The translations under genes were made by a program, and so were the position numbers. The notes under the pieces were generated by a model. It saw nothing but the letters and a program-made list of their open reading frames with translations. It did no database searches and was not told the origin of the DNA. A DNA stretch of 64,000 nt from Torpedo marmorata (taxonomy: Eukaryota), in assembly GCA_977017645.1 (NCBI GenBank), contig OZ360238.1, positions 42,904,001-42,968,000 of the forward strand. The letters are read 5' to 3'. Below are positions 46,991-57,900 of the stretch, in pieces; within the stretch, counting starts at the first letter, position 1; each line of letters starts with the position of its first letter.

Positions 46991-49608
46991 CACATCACAA
47001 CTCTGTTTATTCACCTTGAATCTGGATCCATTTGCATCATTGTCTAAGGATGATCGTTTTTTTAAAATGTTCTTGATGAGCCTCCACAAATTTTTGTGAG
47101 TGGAATGATCCAAATTTCCACTGCTCCTTCATGCTTCCTGACATCTCCCCATTTCCTGCCAGTTTAACATTTTGTCTTCTTGTTTTGGTCTCCCAAACAG
47201 GGAAAGTAGTTTCTCTTTATCTACCCCATCGAATCCCTTAATAATCTTTGTCATGAATTTTCTTTATGCCAGTATTAAATTATTACATCGCTATCTTCCT
47301 CGTGTTAAATGCTCTTTCCGGTTAATACTTGCAGCTCAGAGAACATCAGATGATAAAAGATGAACTGATATTTCAAGCCTGACATAGTTTGCACTTTCTT
47401 TGTCATCCAGGAGAGGAGGAGAAGGGGCCTCTGAAACACCATTGATTGCAACTATTATCCATCCCTTTGGAGGGCTTACACTCTCGCTGCCTTCTGGCTG
47501 AACAAATTGGCCTGAAGTGGTGTGTATTTTTGTTGGTAAATCCTTTCAGCTGGGTTCAACGGGCAGAATGAATGCACTGACTATTCAGCTGTCTGTCACC
47601 TTCAGCTTTATCTGCCGGAGCTGTCACTCAGTGTTTCACAGCTGTGAGCACGCTCAAATGGCTTGTCCGTTTTTTTTGCACGGTCTCTTGGCCTTGTTAA
47701 TTCAGAAAGAATAATCTGTGTAAATACTGTTTAAGATTGTCTTTACACCAGTGTGGGTTTGTGTGCATTTGCCTTCTTGTGGGGGTTGCAGAGGGGAAGA
47801 TTGGTGGTGAGTAGTGGGGAGGGTTGTAGTCTTGAAGACTCCAAACTCTGCGTTTGCCTTGGAGCTCTGAATTTTTCATTCACTTTGCAAAATAATTGCA
47901 TAATCAGATCTTGCACTGGTGCTTACAAAGCATTCATGTCTTGTAATGAAACAGCTTTGCTACCTCCCATTGCTGAAATGCTTTGGTAATTGAAGTGGGA
48001 ACCATTGTGCAAAGAGTATGTTGTTTGCTTTCTGAACTGTTACTTCAACGAAAAGCTGTGATCTGTTTCATGTGAAGTGAAGTAAAACCTAAAAGTTTCT
48101 ATTTATGGGACTTGGAAGAAGCAGGCTTTCAATAGATTTTTTATTTTCATCTTATTTTTCAAAAGGCTCTGTAGTGACGGCATGAAAATGCACTGCAGAT
48201 GCATGTGTAAAAATATCAAGCACAATAATAAATTGTTCATTTTGACGAGACATTATATAATTCTGGGTGTCCCACTTAAGACGACAATAACATCATGCAT
48301 TGTGTAAACAGGTGGGGGCAGAAACACTCATTTTAAACCATGTTTGATGTGAATGAGTATTTTGAATTGGCCTGACACTCGATATATTATTCCTGACTCA
48401 TCTATAAAAATGTTGTCTTATCTCGATTGTATTATGCTGTATAGCAGGAGTGTTCCTGATATTTGCTGTTTAAAGTGTGGGATTTTGAGAGTCATGTAGG
48501 ATAACATAAGTTGGTGATTGAAACATTAGAGAACTCTCAGTTGACATTCTATTTATGCCTCTGATTTCTCAACCCTGCACCCTTACATTTTTCCCTTTCC
48601 TTCCTCTAGGGCTGCTCTAAACTTCCACAGATGTCACCTGCCCTCCAATCCCATCGAGGCGTTCTGCCATTTGTGATACTGGGAGGTTTTTAAAGTTATT
48701 TCAGAGCACAGCTGTGCTCTGTCCATGTGTTTTATCCCCCGAGCAAAGAGCAAAATTCCTGACACATTGAAATTTATGCCATTTCTCTCTTTGTCACACC
48801 TCAAACTCAGGGGCAATGAAATTAAGTATTGTGCTGTGACATAGCTCAAGTCACACAGCACAGACTGAAGCTTCCTTCTTCTTCCATATGATCTTATGCA
48901 ACAAGGAGATGTGCATGCATTCATTAGAGCCAAGTTCCCTGTTCTGCTCAGGGTCAGGTTGTTCTATAATTCCAGAGTTCAAATAAATGGCCTCCCTTGT
49001 ATAAGAGGAACAGATTTGCAAATTATTTTCATTATGAGTGTATTCCAGTTTGCTCAGCTTCAGTGGCTGAGCGAGCCCCAAGTGAGTCCAACATCAATCA
49101 TCATTTACCATCCAAGCCCCAAAGTGGCTACAACTTTATTCATTTGTCTGTGTTTTCAACTCAGTTGGGTATTATCACTACATTCAAAACCAATACTGAC
49201 ACTAATTAGGCAAAAATGTAATTGTGATTGCCATTTCACTCTGCTTTTGGTACAATTTAATCCATTCATTTCTAACTTTGGAAGAAAATGTGATATATTT
49301 TTTATCAAGTTTTTTATCCTGTGCATTCCACTTTCACACATTAGCAATGGCCATTGGAAGCATTTATATTTTTTAATTCTTTTGCTGTTATTTATTCCTC
49401 TGCACTTTATGGCACACAACAAGGTCTCCAGCCAACATATGCCCAAGGAACGACCAATGTTCATGTTCCTCATTTCCACCCATCCCTACCTTTACCAGCC
49501 CTAAAAAAAATGAGGAGTTCTCAGCCTATGATTTGTACTTATTGCACAGGGCAATAAATGAAACAACTGTGACATATAGGGATGCCATCAGATTTGTATG
49601 GGGAATAA

Positions 49609-49789
49609 GTCAGCTGGTTTCGCAGCGTCCATAGGAGGTAAAGATATATAACCGACGTTTCGGGCCTGAGCCCTTCCTTGAAGTACTCAGGGCCAAAACA
49701 TTGGTTGTATATCTTTACCTCCTATGGACATTGCGAGACCTGCTGAGTATTCACTACAACCACAGCATCTGCACACTTTCGTGTTTTTT
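49609..49789. mobile_element. Fold-back Penelope pseudo-LTR insertion
   Basis: Arms TCCATAGGAGGTAAAGATATA / TATATCTTTACCTCCTATGGA; TSD TTTG(T/C)ATGGG(G/A)AATAA at 49593-49608 and 49790-49805. Confidence 0.85.
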
Positions 49790-49864
49790 TTTGCATGGGA
49801 AATAAAATCAATTACTGTATACAATACATTGTAACCTAAAGTCTTATTTGTTCAATTTTTTGCG

Positions 49865-50385
49865 ATTTGGATATTGCTGGCAAGGCCAACATTTATTCCC
49901 ATCTCTGATATTGAAGGTAATAATGAGTTGCCACCTTGCACCACTGCAATCCTACTGAAGAAAAGACTTAGACAATTCTGTTGGGGAGGGTGTTCCAGAA
50001 TTTAGACTCAGCAATGATGAATGACCACAATACATTTCCACGTCAGAATGGAGGGAAATCTGTAGGTGTTGGTGTTCCCCTGCATCTGCTGACCTTGTTC
50101 GTCTTGGTGGTTGAGGGCAGGGTTTGAGAGTGCTGTTGGAGAAGCCTTGGCAAGAGTTTCCACAGTACATGTTGTTGATGGTGCACACTGTGGCCACTCC
50201 GCTCCAGTGATAAGAATGAGTGCAGTTGGAATGCTAATTACGAGGGCTGCTTTGAGCCAGATGGCATCGAGCTCCTCGAGTCTTGTTGGAGTTGCTCTCA
50301 TCCAGATGAGTGAACAACATGCTTTAACATTCTTGGCTTGTCTTTTGTACATTGTGGAAAGATCTTCTAGGGTAGGAAATTAAAA
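49865..50385 (-). mobile_element. Old CR1/L2-group LINE 3' fragment (distinct family)
   Basis: ORF 50008-50352 resembles YKAQVRxxMEY...WMxAxPTxLxxLDxIQxKAA; tail GATGGGAATAAATGTTGGCC. Confidence 0.6.
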
Positions 50386-50523
50386 CCTGACCTGAACATG
50401 TAAAATCTGAAGCCAACCCAAGCTAAAGGGCTTATAATATTTACTTTACTTGACCCAACTTTGAAGACTTGCTGTGCTGCACCTACTTTGCCATGGAACA
50501 AGAACAGAAGACACATGGGTAAT

Positions 50524-51840
50524 AGATTTCAGATTTTCAGATTTCAGATTTATTGTCAGAGTACATACATGATATCACATGAGATTCCTTTTTCCTGCGG
50601 GCGCGGCAGAATTACCACTAATTGGTAGTGCAAAAAATAAACTGTACACAGCGTAAAACATGTAAACAAACAAAGAACTGTAAACAGATAACGAATGTAA
50701 ACAAACTGTGCAATACAGAGAGAACAAAAATAAAATCAATAAAGTGCACAAGTAAGAGTCCTTAAATGAGTCTCTGATTGAGTTTGTCGTTGAGGAGTCT
50801 GATGGTGGAGGGGTAGCAGCTGTTCCTGAACCTGGTGGTGTGAGTCTTGTGGCACCCATACCCCTTTCCTGATGGCAGCAGCAAGAACAGAGCGTGTGCT
50901 GGGTGGTGAGGGTCTTTGATGATTGCTGCTGCTCTCCGACGGCAGAATTCCCTGTAGATATACTCAATTTTGGAGATGGTTTTGCCTGTGATGTCCTGGG
51001 CTGTGTCCAGAACCTTTTGGAGGGCTTTACGCTCAGGGGTATTGGTGTCCCCATACCAGACCGTGATGCAGCCGGTCAGCACACTTTCCACCACACCTCT
51101 GTAGAAATTTTCCAGGGTTTCTGATGTCATACCAAACCTCTGCAAACTCCTGAGGAAGTAGAGGCGCTGATGTGCTTCCTTCACGATGCGATTGGTGTGT
51201 TGGGTCCAGGAAAGATCCTCCGAGATAGTGACTCCCAAGAACTTAAATTTGCTCACTCTCTCCACCTCTGATCCCCCAATGATCACTGGATTGTATACCT
51301 CTGGCTTTCCTTTCCTGAAGTCAACAATCAGCTCCTTAGTTTTGGTGACATTGAGTGCAAGGTTGTTGTTGGTGCACCATTCAGCCAGGTTTTCAATCTC
51401 CATCCTGTATGCTGACTCATCCCCTTCCTTTATACAACCCACTACCGTGGTATCGTCAGCAAATTTGTAGATGGTGTTATTGTCGTACTGAGCCACACAG
51501 TCGTAGGTGTAAAGTGAGTAGATCAGGGGGCTAAGAACACAGCCCTGTGGTGCTCCGGTATTGATGGAGATTGTGGAGGAGGAGTTCTTACCAATCTTCA
51601 CTGATTGTGGTCTGGATGTGAGGAAATCCATGATCCAATTACACAGTGGGTTGTTAACTCCCAGGTCTTGGAGTTTGCTGATCAGTTTTGAGGGGATGAT
51701 GGTGTTAAATGCCGAATTGTAGTTAATAAAGAGCATCCTGATGTATGCATCTTTGCTGTCCAGGTGTTCCAGGGCTTTGTGTAGAGCCAGTGAGATGGCA
51801 TCCGCCATAGACCTGTTACTACGATAGGCGAACTGGAATG
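50524..51840 (-). mobile_element. Rex1/Babar LINE, 5'-truncated, uninterrupted 361-codon RT frame
   Basis: ORF 50762-51847 QFAYRSNRS...[10 protein letters not shown]...YKFADD...KFLGV...PSTIRLLN; (GAAATCT)n tail. Confidence 0.95.
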
Positions 51841-51974
51841 TACCCATGTCACCCTGATCTTGAAAAGATATTGAACTAGCCTAGCACAGCATGGCCTGAC
51901 ATGGCCCAAACTGAAATGTTTTAGCAAAGTATACAACTGACCCATCCTGACCTGTCCCAAACCTGACACATTGT

Positions 51975-52078
51975 TGGTAAATAGAAATTCTGCCTGGCCC
52001 GCAGGAAAAATAATCTCAGGGTTGTATGTGATGTCATGTATGTACTCTGACAATAAATCTGAACTTTGAACTTTGGAA
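51975..52078 (+). mobile_element. Rex1 3' tail fragment
   Basis: CCCGCAGGAAAAATAATCTC...TACTCTGACAATAAATCT(GAACTTT)n; inverted relative to 50545-50612. Confidence 0.8.
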
Positions 52079-52459
52079 CTCATCGGCCTAGGGTCAGGTA
52101 ACTAGACTCCAACTGTGACATTTATCTCCCCGCCCACCACTGTTACTGTCTCCTTTGGAGTACAGGTTTAGCCTGTGCCGTTACTCTATAATCCGGGATT
52201 CTATCTTCCAGTGCAATAAACATAGGAAGTGAGTCCGGGCGATTACATGGTCATCTAGCATTGCTCCTGGTATCTGCAGGAATGGTAGTTTCATCACCTA
52301 TGAAACAGAATGTATAATCAGAAGGCCTTGCAGAAACTGATGTGAGTGATTTTCACATTTTGTTTGAATGATTTTATTAATTAGCTTTTAAGATGGATAA
52401 ACACAACGGCTGTTTACTTAGGTAGGATTTTGGCAGCCACGCGTCACACAATGAAATCT

Positions 52460-52950
52460 TCAGATTTGAAAATGATATGACTTTATTGTCGTACACATTG
52501 TTCAATGTGCATATGCTGGAATTCTTACGCTGCAGCCGAAGAGGTACTTGGAAAGAAACACTATAATAGTGAACTAATTGGATTAAATTAAAAGGGACAA
52601 TAAATTCATAAGATAGATAATAAATATTCACAGTATTCCTCATGCGAAAAAGTGACTTGCAATAGTGCAGACAGTCCATGATTACTGTCCCAAGGGGCAA
52701 GGGGGCGGGGGGGGGGGGGGTGGAGAAATGTTCAAGAGTGTGATAACAATTGGAAATAAACTGCTCTTGAACCTGGAAGTGCTGGTTTTCAGGCTTCCAC
52801 ACCTTCTGCCTGATGGTAGCAGTGAGAAGACGTTGTGACCAGGGTGATGAAGGTCCTTAATGATGACTGCCTTCTTGAGGCAGCACCTCACATAGATGTC
52901 TACAATGGATGGGGGGGTGGGGTGGTCAGAGCCTGTGATGAACCTGCTTT
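52460..52950 (-). mobile_element. Rex1/Babar 3' fragment
   Basis: ORF 52682-52891 CLKKA.IIKD.HHPGH..FSLLPSGRR..S..T.T.RF..S.FP. Confidence 0.82.
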
Positions 52951-52969
52951 ATGAGTGTAACAGCCAAAT

Positions 52970-53540
52970 GGAGATTAAACAAAAAGTCTGCAGATGCTGG
53001 AGAACTGGAATGACACACTAAAGTGCTGGAGGAACCCAGAGGGTCACGCAGCATCCACAGCAAGCAATCGGCACTCGATGTTTTGTGTATTGTGTATTGT
53101 TCCAGGTTTAAGACCAGATAGAGTTTGCAGCCTTGGGTAAAACAGGTTGATGACGGAGAATATACCACATGGCATGTTAAAAATGTGATTTTTTGTCATG
53201 GCATAAGTTATGGGATAAAAGGGAAATGCTAGAAATCCTCAACAAGTCAATCAATATCTAAGTAAGAGAAACAGAGTTAATGCTTCAATTCAGTGGCCTC
53301 TCTCATTTAACCTCCTCTCAGCCAATCTTCTGCTTACCCCATGACCATCTTCCTTCTTTTGTTCATCAAAACTTAGTTTCTCTTCTGCCTCATTTTTTGT
53401 TCTCCCTTTCCCCTTCCCTCCTTTGCACGCATCTTTTTTCCAGGTCTAATGAAAGACAATCAACTGAAACATTAACACTGCTTTCTCTCCACAGCTACTG
53501 CCTAACATGCTTAAGCACTTTCAATTTTTATTTCAGAATT
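52970..53540. mobile_element. Old Penelope pseudo-LTR remnants (inverted arrangement)
   Basis: TCTGCAGATGCTGG...GTGCTGGAGGAACCCAG; CTAATGAAAG...CTGAAACATTAAC...CTCTCCACAG. Confidence 0.55.
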
Positions 53541-53754
53541 TTATTTCAAATACACGTTTTCTTTTTATTTTCGATTTACAGAATGTTTATTTTTGCGGAG
53601 GTGAGTGTATAGAAAAGACTTCCTGAACTGAATATCATTATCTCTGAAAAACCGTAGTCTCGTTGAAAAAAAAGTTCCCTGAATTGAATAATTGGTGAAT
53701 ACATGAGTTGCATCCAGTTGCTGTCCAGCTGTAACATGAGAGTGCATTGGCAAA

Positions 53755-53985
53755 GGATAAAATCATAAAATGCAAGAGCAGAATTAGGCCATTCAGCCCA
53801 TCGACTCAGTTGCACAATTTGAATATATTCTTCTGATTCATTTTTCCTCTCAACCCTTTCTCCTGCCTTTTCCCCATAACCTTTAACATCCTTACTAACC
53901 CTTAAATCAACCCAATGACTTAGCCTCCACGGCCATGAGCATTGAGTGTGTTGCCTATCACAGTCAAATATTTGTGCAGTCCTCA
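53755..53985 (-). mobile_element. CR1 3' end
   Basis: GAGCAGAATTAGGCCATTCAGCCCATCGA tail; CTCCTGCCTTTTCCCCATAACC. Confidence 0.75.
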
Positions 53986-54339
53986 AGGTTTAGGGTAACA
54001 TAAGCAGAATCGTCGTTTAAGTGCAGTAACCAAGATTTGCAGCGATACCATACTCCAGTAATGTTCAGCGGCTTCAGATAAAAGAGGGTCTATAAAATAG
54101 AATTAAATGTTCAATTAAAAAAAAAAAATGTATGGATAAAATTAGAGTTGTACAGAAATGGAGCTGTACAGCAGTTCTTAGACGCTGCTCAGTATTTTGA
54201 AGGTATGACCTACTCAGTCAGAGATTTTAAACACTTTAATCTGCCAGTCAAGCAGAACACCCAGTATAAATTTCAGAGGGGGGTAGGGGTAGGGTCGGGA
54301 TAGGGGTACATGGGGGAGTGACTCGTATGAATCTTAACC

Positions 54340-54900
54340 CTTTGAGAGCCCTGGGAGCAGCCCCTTGGCTTGTGCTCAATGAGTATTGGCAATGAAGAAA
54401 GCCTCTGTGATTGGAAGTGTTTCTCTTAATTGCACTTCAGCTTTTGGAAATCCTTTGTGGCTGCGTGTAATAACATCAGGCACATTGAAAAAGCTGCCAA
54501 AGGGCATTTCGTACTCTGATGGGTCACAGATGAGGTTGACCCATTCAGAAATAACATGCAAAGCGAGCACCTCATTTTCAGAAGTCTCTTCCTTTGTATC
54601 TCTGCGCAAGCCCCTCTTCCGTTGGAGAGGCCTCCACCGTTGCTATTTTTAACACATTTGTGCTGATTCTTTAATATCCGCAATCCCTGTGGAATTAATT
54701 CATACAAATGAGTGGTTAATTATGCGAATAGCGGAAGTATAGGGATAACGGCACTGCCATTACCAGCAGAGAAGGCCACAACTGATCGACAGGTTGTGAA
54801 GGCAATTTACTTTTTTCTTTGCTTTTCTCCCTAGTCTATTTCCGATTGATTCATTAAGTTCTTTATAATTTATCCCTCCTGTGCCGCACACAGTTCCCCA
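54340..54900. promoter_or_regulatory. Repeat-free block, candidate conserved non-coding element
   Basis: No TE similarity; retained CpGs; TAAT/TTAATTA motifs; flanked by a G-run cluster and a CTCF-like site. Confidence 0.35.
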
Positions 54901-54966
54901 GTCGAAGGGGGCTGGGATGCAACCATTTCCTTGGCCTGTGCAAGGAAAGAACCATTCTATGGCTCA

Positions 54967-54982
54967 CCACTAGGAGGTGCAC
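54967..54982 (+). promoter_or_regulatory. CTCF-like motif
   Basis: CCACTAGGAGGTGCAC against core CCASYAGRKGGCRS (two mismatches). Confidence 0.4.
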
Positions 54983-57900
54983 TGTCGAATTCGAGGATGG
55001 TTCTTTCTTTAAACCAAGCACAATCTGGGGGGTAAGATAGGGGGTTAAGGTGACCCTTAGCTCGTTTCAAACAGGCTGCTTTTATTTCCATCAATGAGAG
55101 TGCAATGGATATATCAAAGAGGTGAACCTCTCATTCCAGCAGTGAAATATAGAAATTTTTGACAAAGGAATTCTGTGGGTGCTTATTATTTACAATCCTC
55201 CACAAAATGCATCATTATTTCATTTCCCCACCACCCCACCCTCCATCATGACTCACACTTTAAGTTCTCTTTGTAAAATTATGGTCATTCTGACTGAAGT
55301 TCCAGAACGCAGTAAGTGCCCGTGCTTTTAAAATGAATTGAACACGGCAGAGGAATGGTTTGAGAAGAAGCTGTTGTCACCAGTCCTGCAAGCACAAAGA
55401 CCGAGCTGTTGTCAGCAAAATTGTCACCTGTTGGATCTGGGCGACTGATGCAAATTGTTTGCGAACCATTCCCCCGTGCATTTGTCCAGTAATGTTATCA
55501 GTAAATTGTCTTTTCATGTCACATAAAATTTGGAATTTGAAAAAAAAATTGAAAAATCAGCACCCTCACTTGGCAGCAATTGGCCACAGTTGAAACAGCC
55601 AGATATTTTCATGTGGATGAGGTTGTTTGCTGCAGGTTTTTTGTTCTTTGTGGAAACCATGAATGTTAATGGCAAAGCAGGCCTGCTACAAGAAAGCAGT
55701 TTTTCACAGCTGTTAACACTAAAGTAACATCTGCCCTTAAACTAACAACTTTAGACTTTCTTCTTGTTGGACTGATTGCTTTCTGATTGTTCTCAGAGCA
55801 GGGAAGGTTAAGGGTAGGTTAATAGTGTTGAAAATAATGAAGAGTTTGCTAAAGTAAGGAAGACCTGTTTCTTTTGAAACAAGACACATAAGAGACTGCA
55901 GATGCTGAAATCTGGAGCAACACACAATCGACTGTTACGATCTACAAATTAGTTCCTCCAGTAGGTGTTTTTGGTCTTTAGGTGTGTTTGTTTTTAATTT
56001 AGTCAATGTCCTTATCATTTAATTAAGTACATTTAAATTCTGTTGTGAGTGGCATTTGAACCAGTGGCACGAGATCATAAATCCAGGCATCCGTAAAGCT
56101 AATCCAGTAATTTAATCATGTGCTACCAGGCCAAACTAAAAGATTGATGCACAGTGGAGCAGAGCTGCAACGGAACATGTCAATGACGCAGAACTTGTCC
56201 ACAACATGGTTAATATTCTGACACAGGAAAGACTCTGGAGTAGCATAAATAAAATACCAGCCATCCATACATATCTTGGCGACTGATCAAAAGTCTATTG
56301 AGAAGAGCTGGAAGTAAGATTCTAGGCGTCCACATTGCCAATAAAATAGGTAGAAGAGATAGGAGCGTGAGTTTGTCGTTACATATTTACATCAGTAAGT
56401 CAGATTACCAAGTTAGTTGCCGATGTAATGCTTCCACATGGAAGTATGGGTACTGAGGCATATCATTACAGGACTACATCATTCAGCCTCTGACGTGACC
56501 TGGGGTGAGGGGCGGTGGTGGGCTGGGGGTGGGGGGGAGGTCTTGAAGCTTTTACCTAAATGATAAACAGGAGACATCGCCACCACTCCTTCACAACCGC
56601 ACTGTACTATGTCTGATGTAAGCAAGTGAAATATTTTTTATTTTAAAAAGAAGAACAAATTACTTGTGGGTCATCAGATTTATTTATTAAATTCAAAATC
56701 TCTTCAGCACAGATAAAAATTAATCACTCCATCTATTGCGAATGTAATGTCTTTTTTTGTAATTTTCAGTGTTTCAGTTTCAAAAAAGTTAACATTCCTA
56801 TAAAAGTTTCCATTCAATCCATTGAATCCTTATTTCACTCCATGACATTGTCTGTTCCATAATGAGCGACTCAGTATCCTCCCAAGTGTGAACCTTTTAT
56901 ATTATATCTTTCCTGATGTCTGTCTTTTTTTAAAAAATTCAGACAATAGGCATTATTCTGTGAGAACTGACTGGATGGAATATGACAGAGAGATGGTTCT
57001 ACAGTAACAAAAGTTTTGTTCTTTTATTCCCTACAACACCCACCCCATCCCCATTTCCAGTGTGATTTTGTTATTAACAAACGTCCTTTTTAATAACTTT
57101 ATTTTTCCCATTTTTTTTGCTAACTTTGTTTTTGAAGTACATGCCATATGAGGATTGCGATTATAAAAGTACCTGAAATCTGCTATTAGATCAGCATGCA
57201 TAGTTCTTTCTATTTACATTCTATTTACATATGCGGACATGGCAAAGATCTACATGTTATTTACATCCTACTTGGGAGAGGACGAAGGCAGCTTTAATTA
57301 TGAGTCTAAAAATTCATGGTACAGTAGTAGAATATTTAACATGCATATAAAGTTAATATTTGCATGATTTAATTTAAATTTGTAACTTTTCTGACATACC
57401 TCTTTTAAATTTTCTATGCTAAGTGTAGCATAATGAATCGGCAACATTTTCTTTATTTGTCTTCTCTTGCTCTTTCTACCTTATTTAATGACTATTTGCA
57501 CCATACAGTATTTTCTTTTGTTTCTTTAAATGGTCACTAACATGGAGCGCTGCAGTATCGCACCATTCTCCTCTTCGCTAAAGCAACTAGACAGGCTATG
57601 AGTTTCCTACGAGACTTGGCAGCAAAATGCTGGTGAATGAAATACAATATAATAATCTGCAAGTATTTTACAAGTAACCTTCAGCCAATGGAACAATAAC
57701 TACAGCGTTCTTTCTTTCTCTTTTTTTCTTATAAAGATGATGTCTAAGCTATCATCATTAATTATGGAAATAGTATAAATGAGATTCTATGTACTTGTAA
57801 AATATTAATGAGGCTTGTATTTCAGAATCTGGAAATCATTGTCTTCAGAGCTCCTTCTATACTGTACTAGTATTTATTGCAGTCTTATTTATTCTATCAA

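Noticed and set aside
48896-49504. 202-aa ORF as a membrane protein
   Set aside because: Composition reflects T-rich DNA; no domain motifs or convincing splice context.
50385-52110. Old DNA transposon with CCTGACC repeats around the Rex1 copy
   Set aside because: Repeated motifs are visible (also near 62075), but termini and TSD could not be defined.
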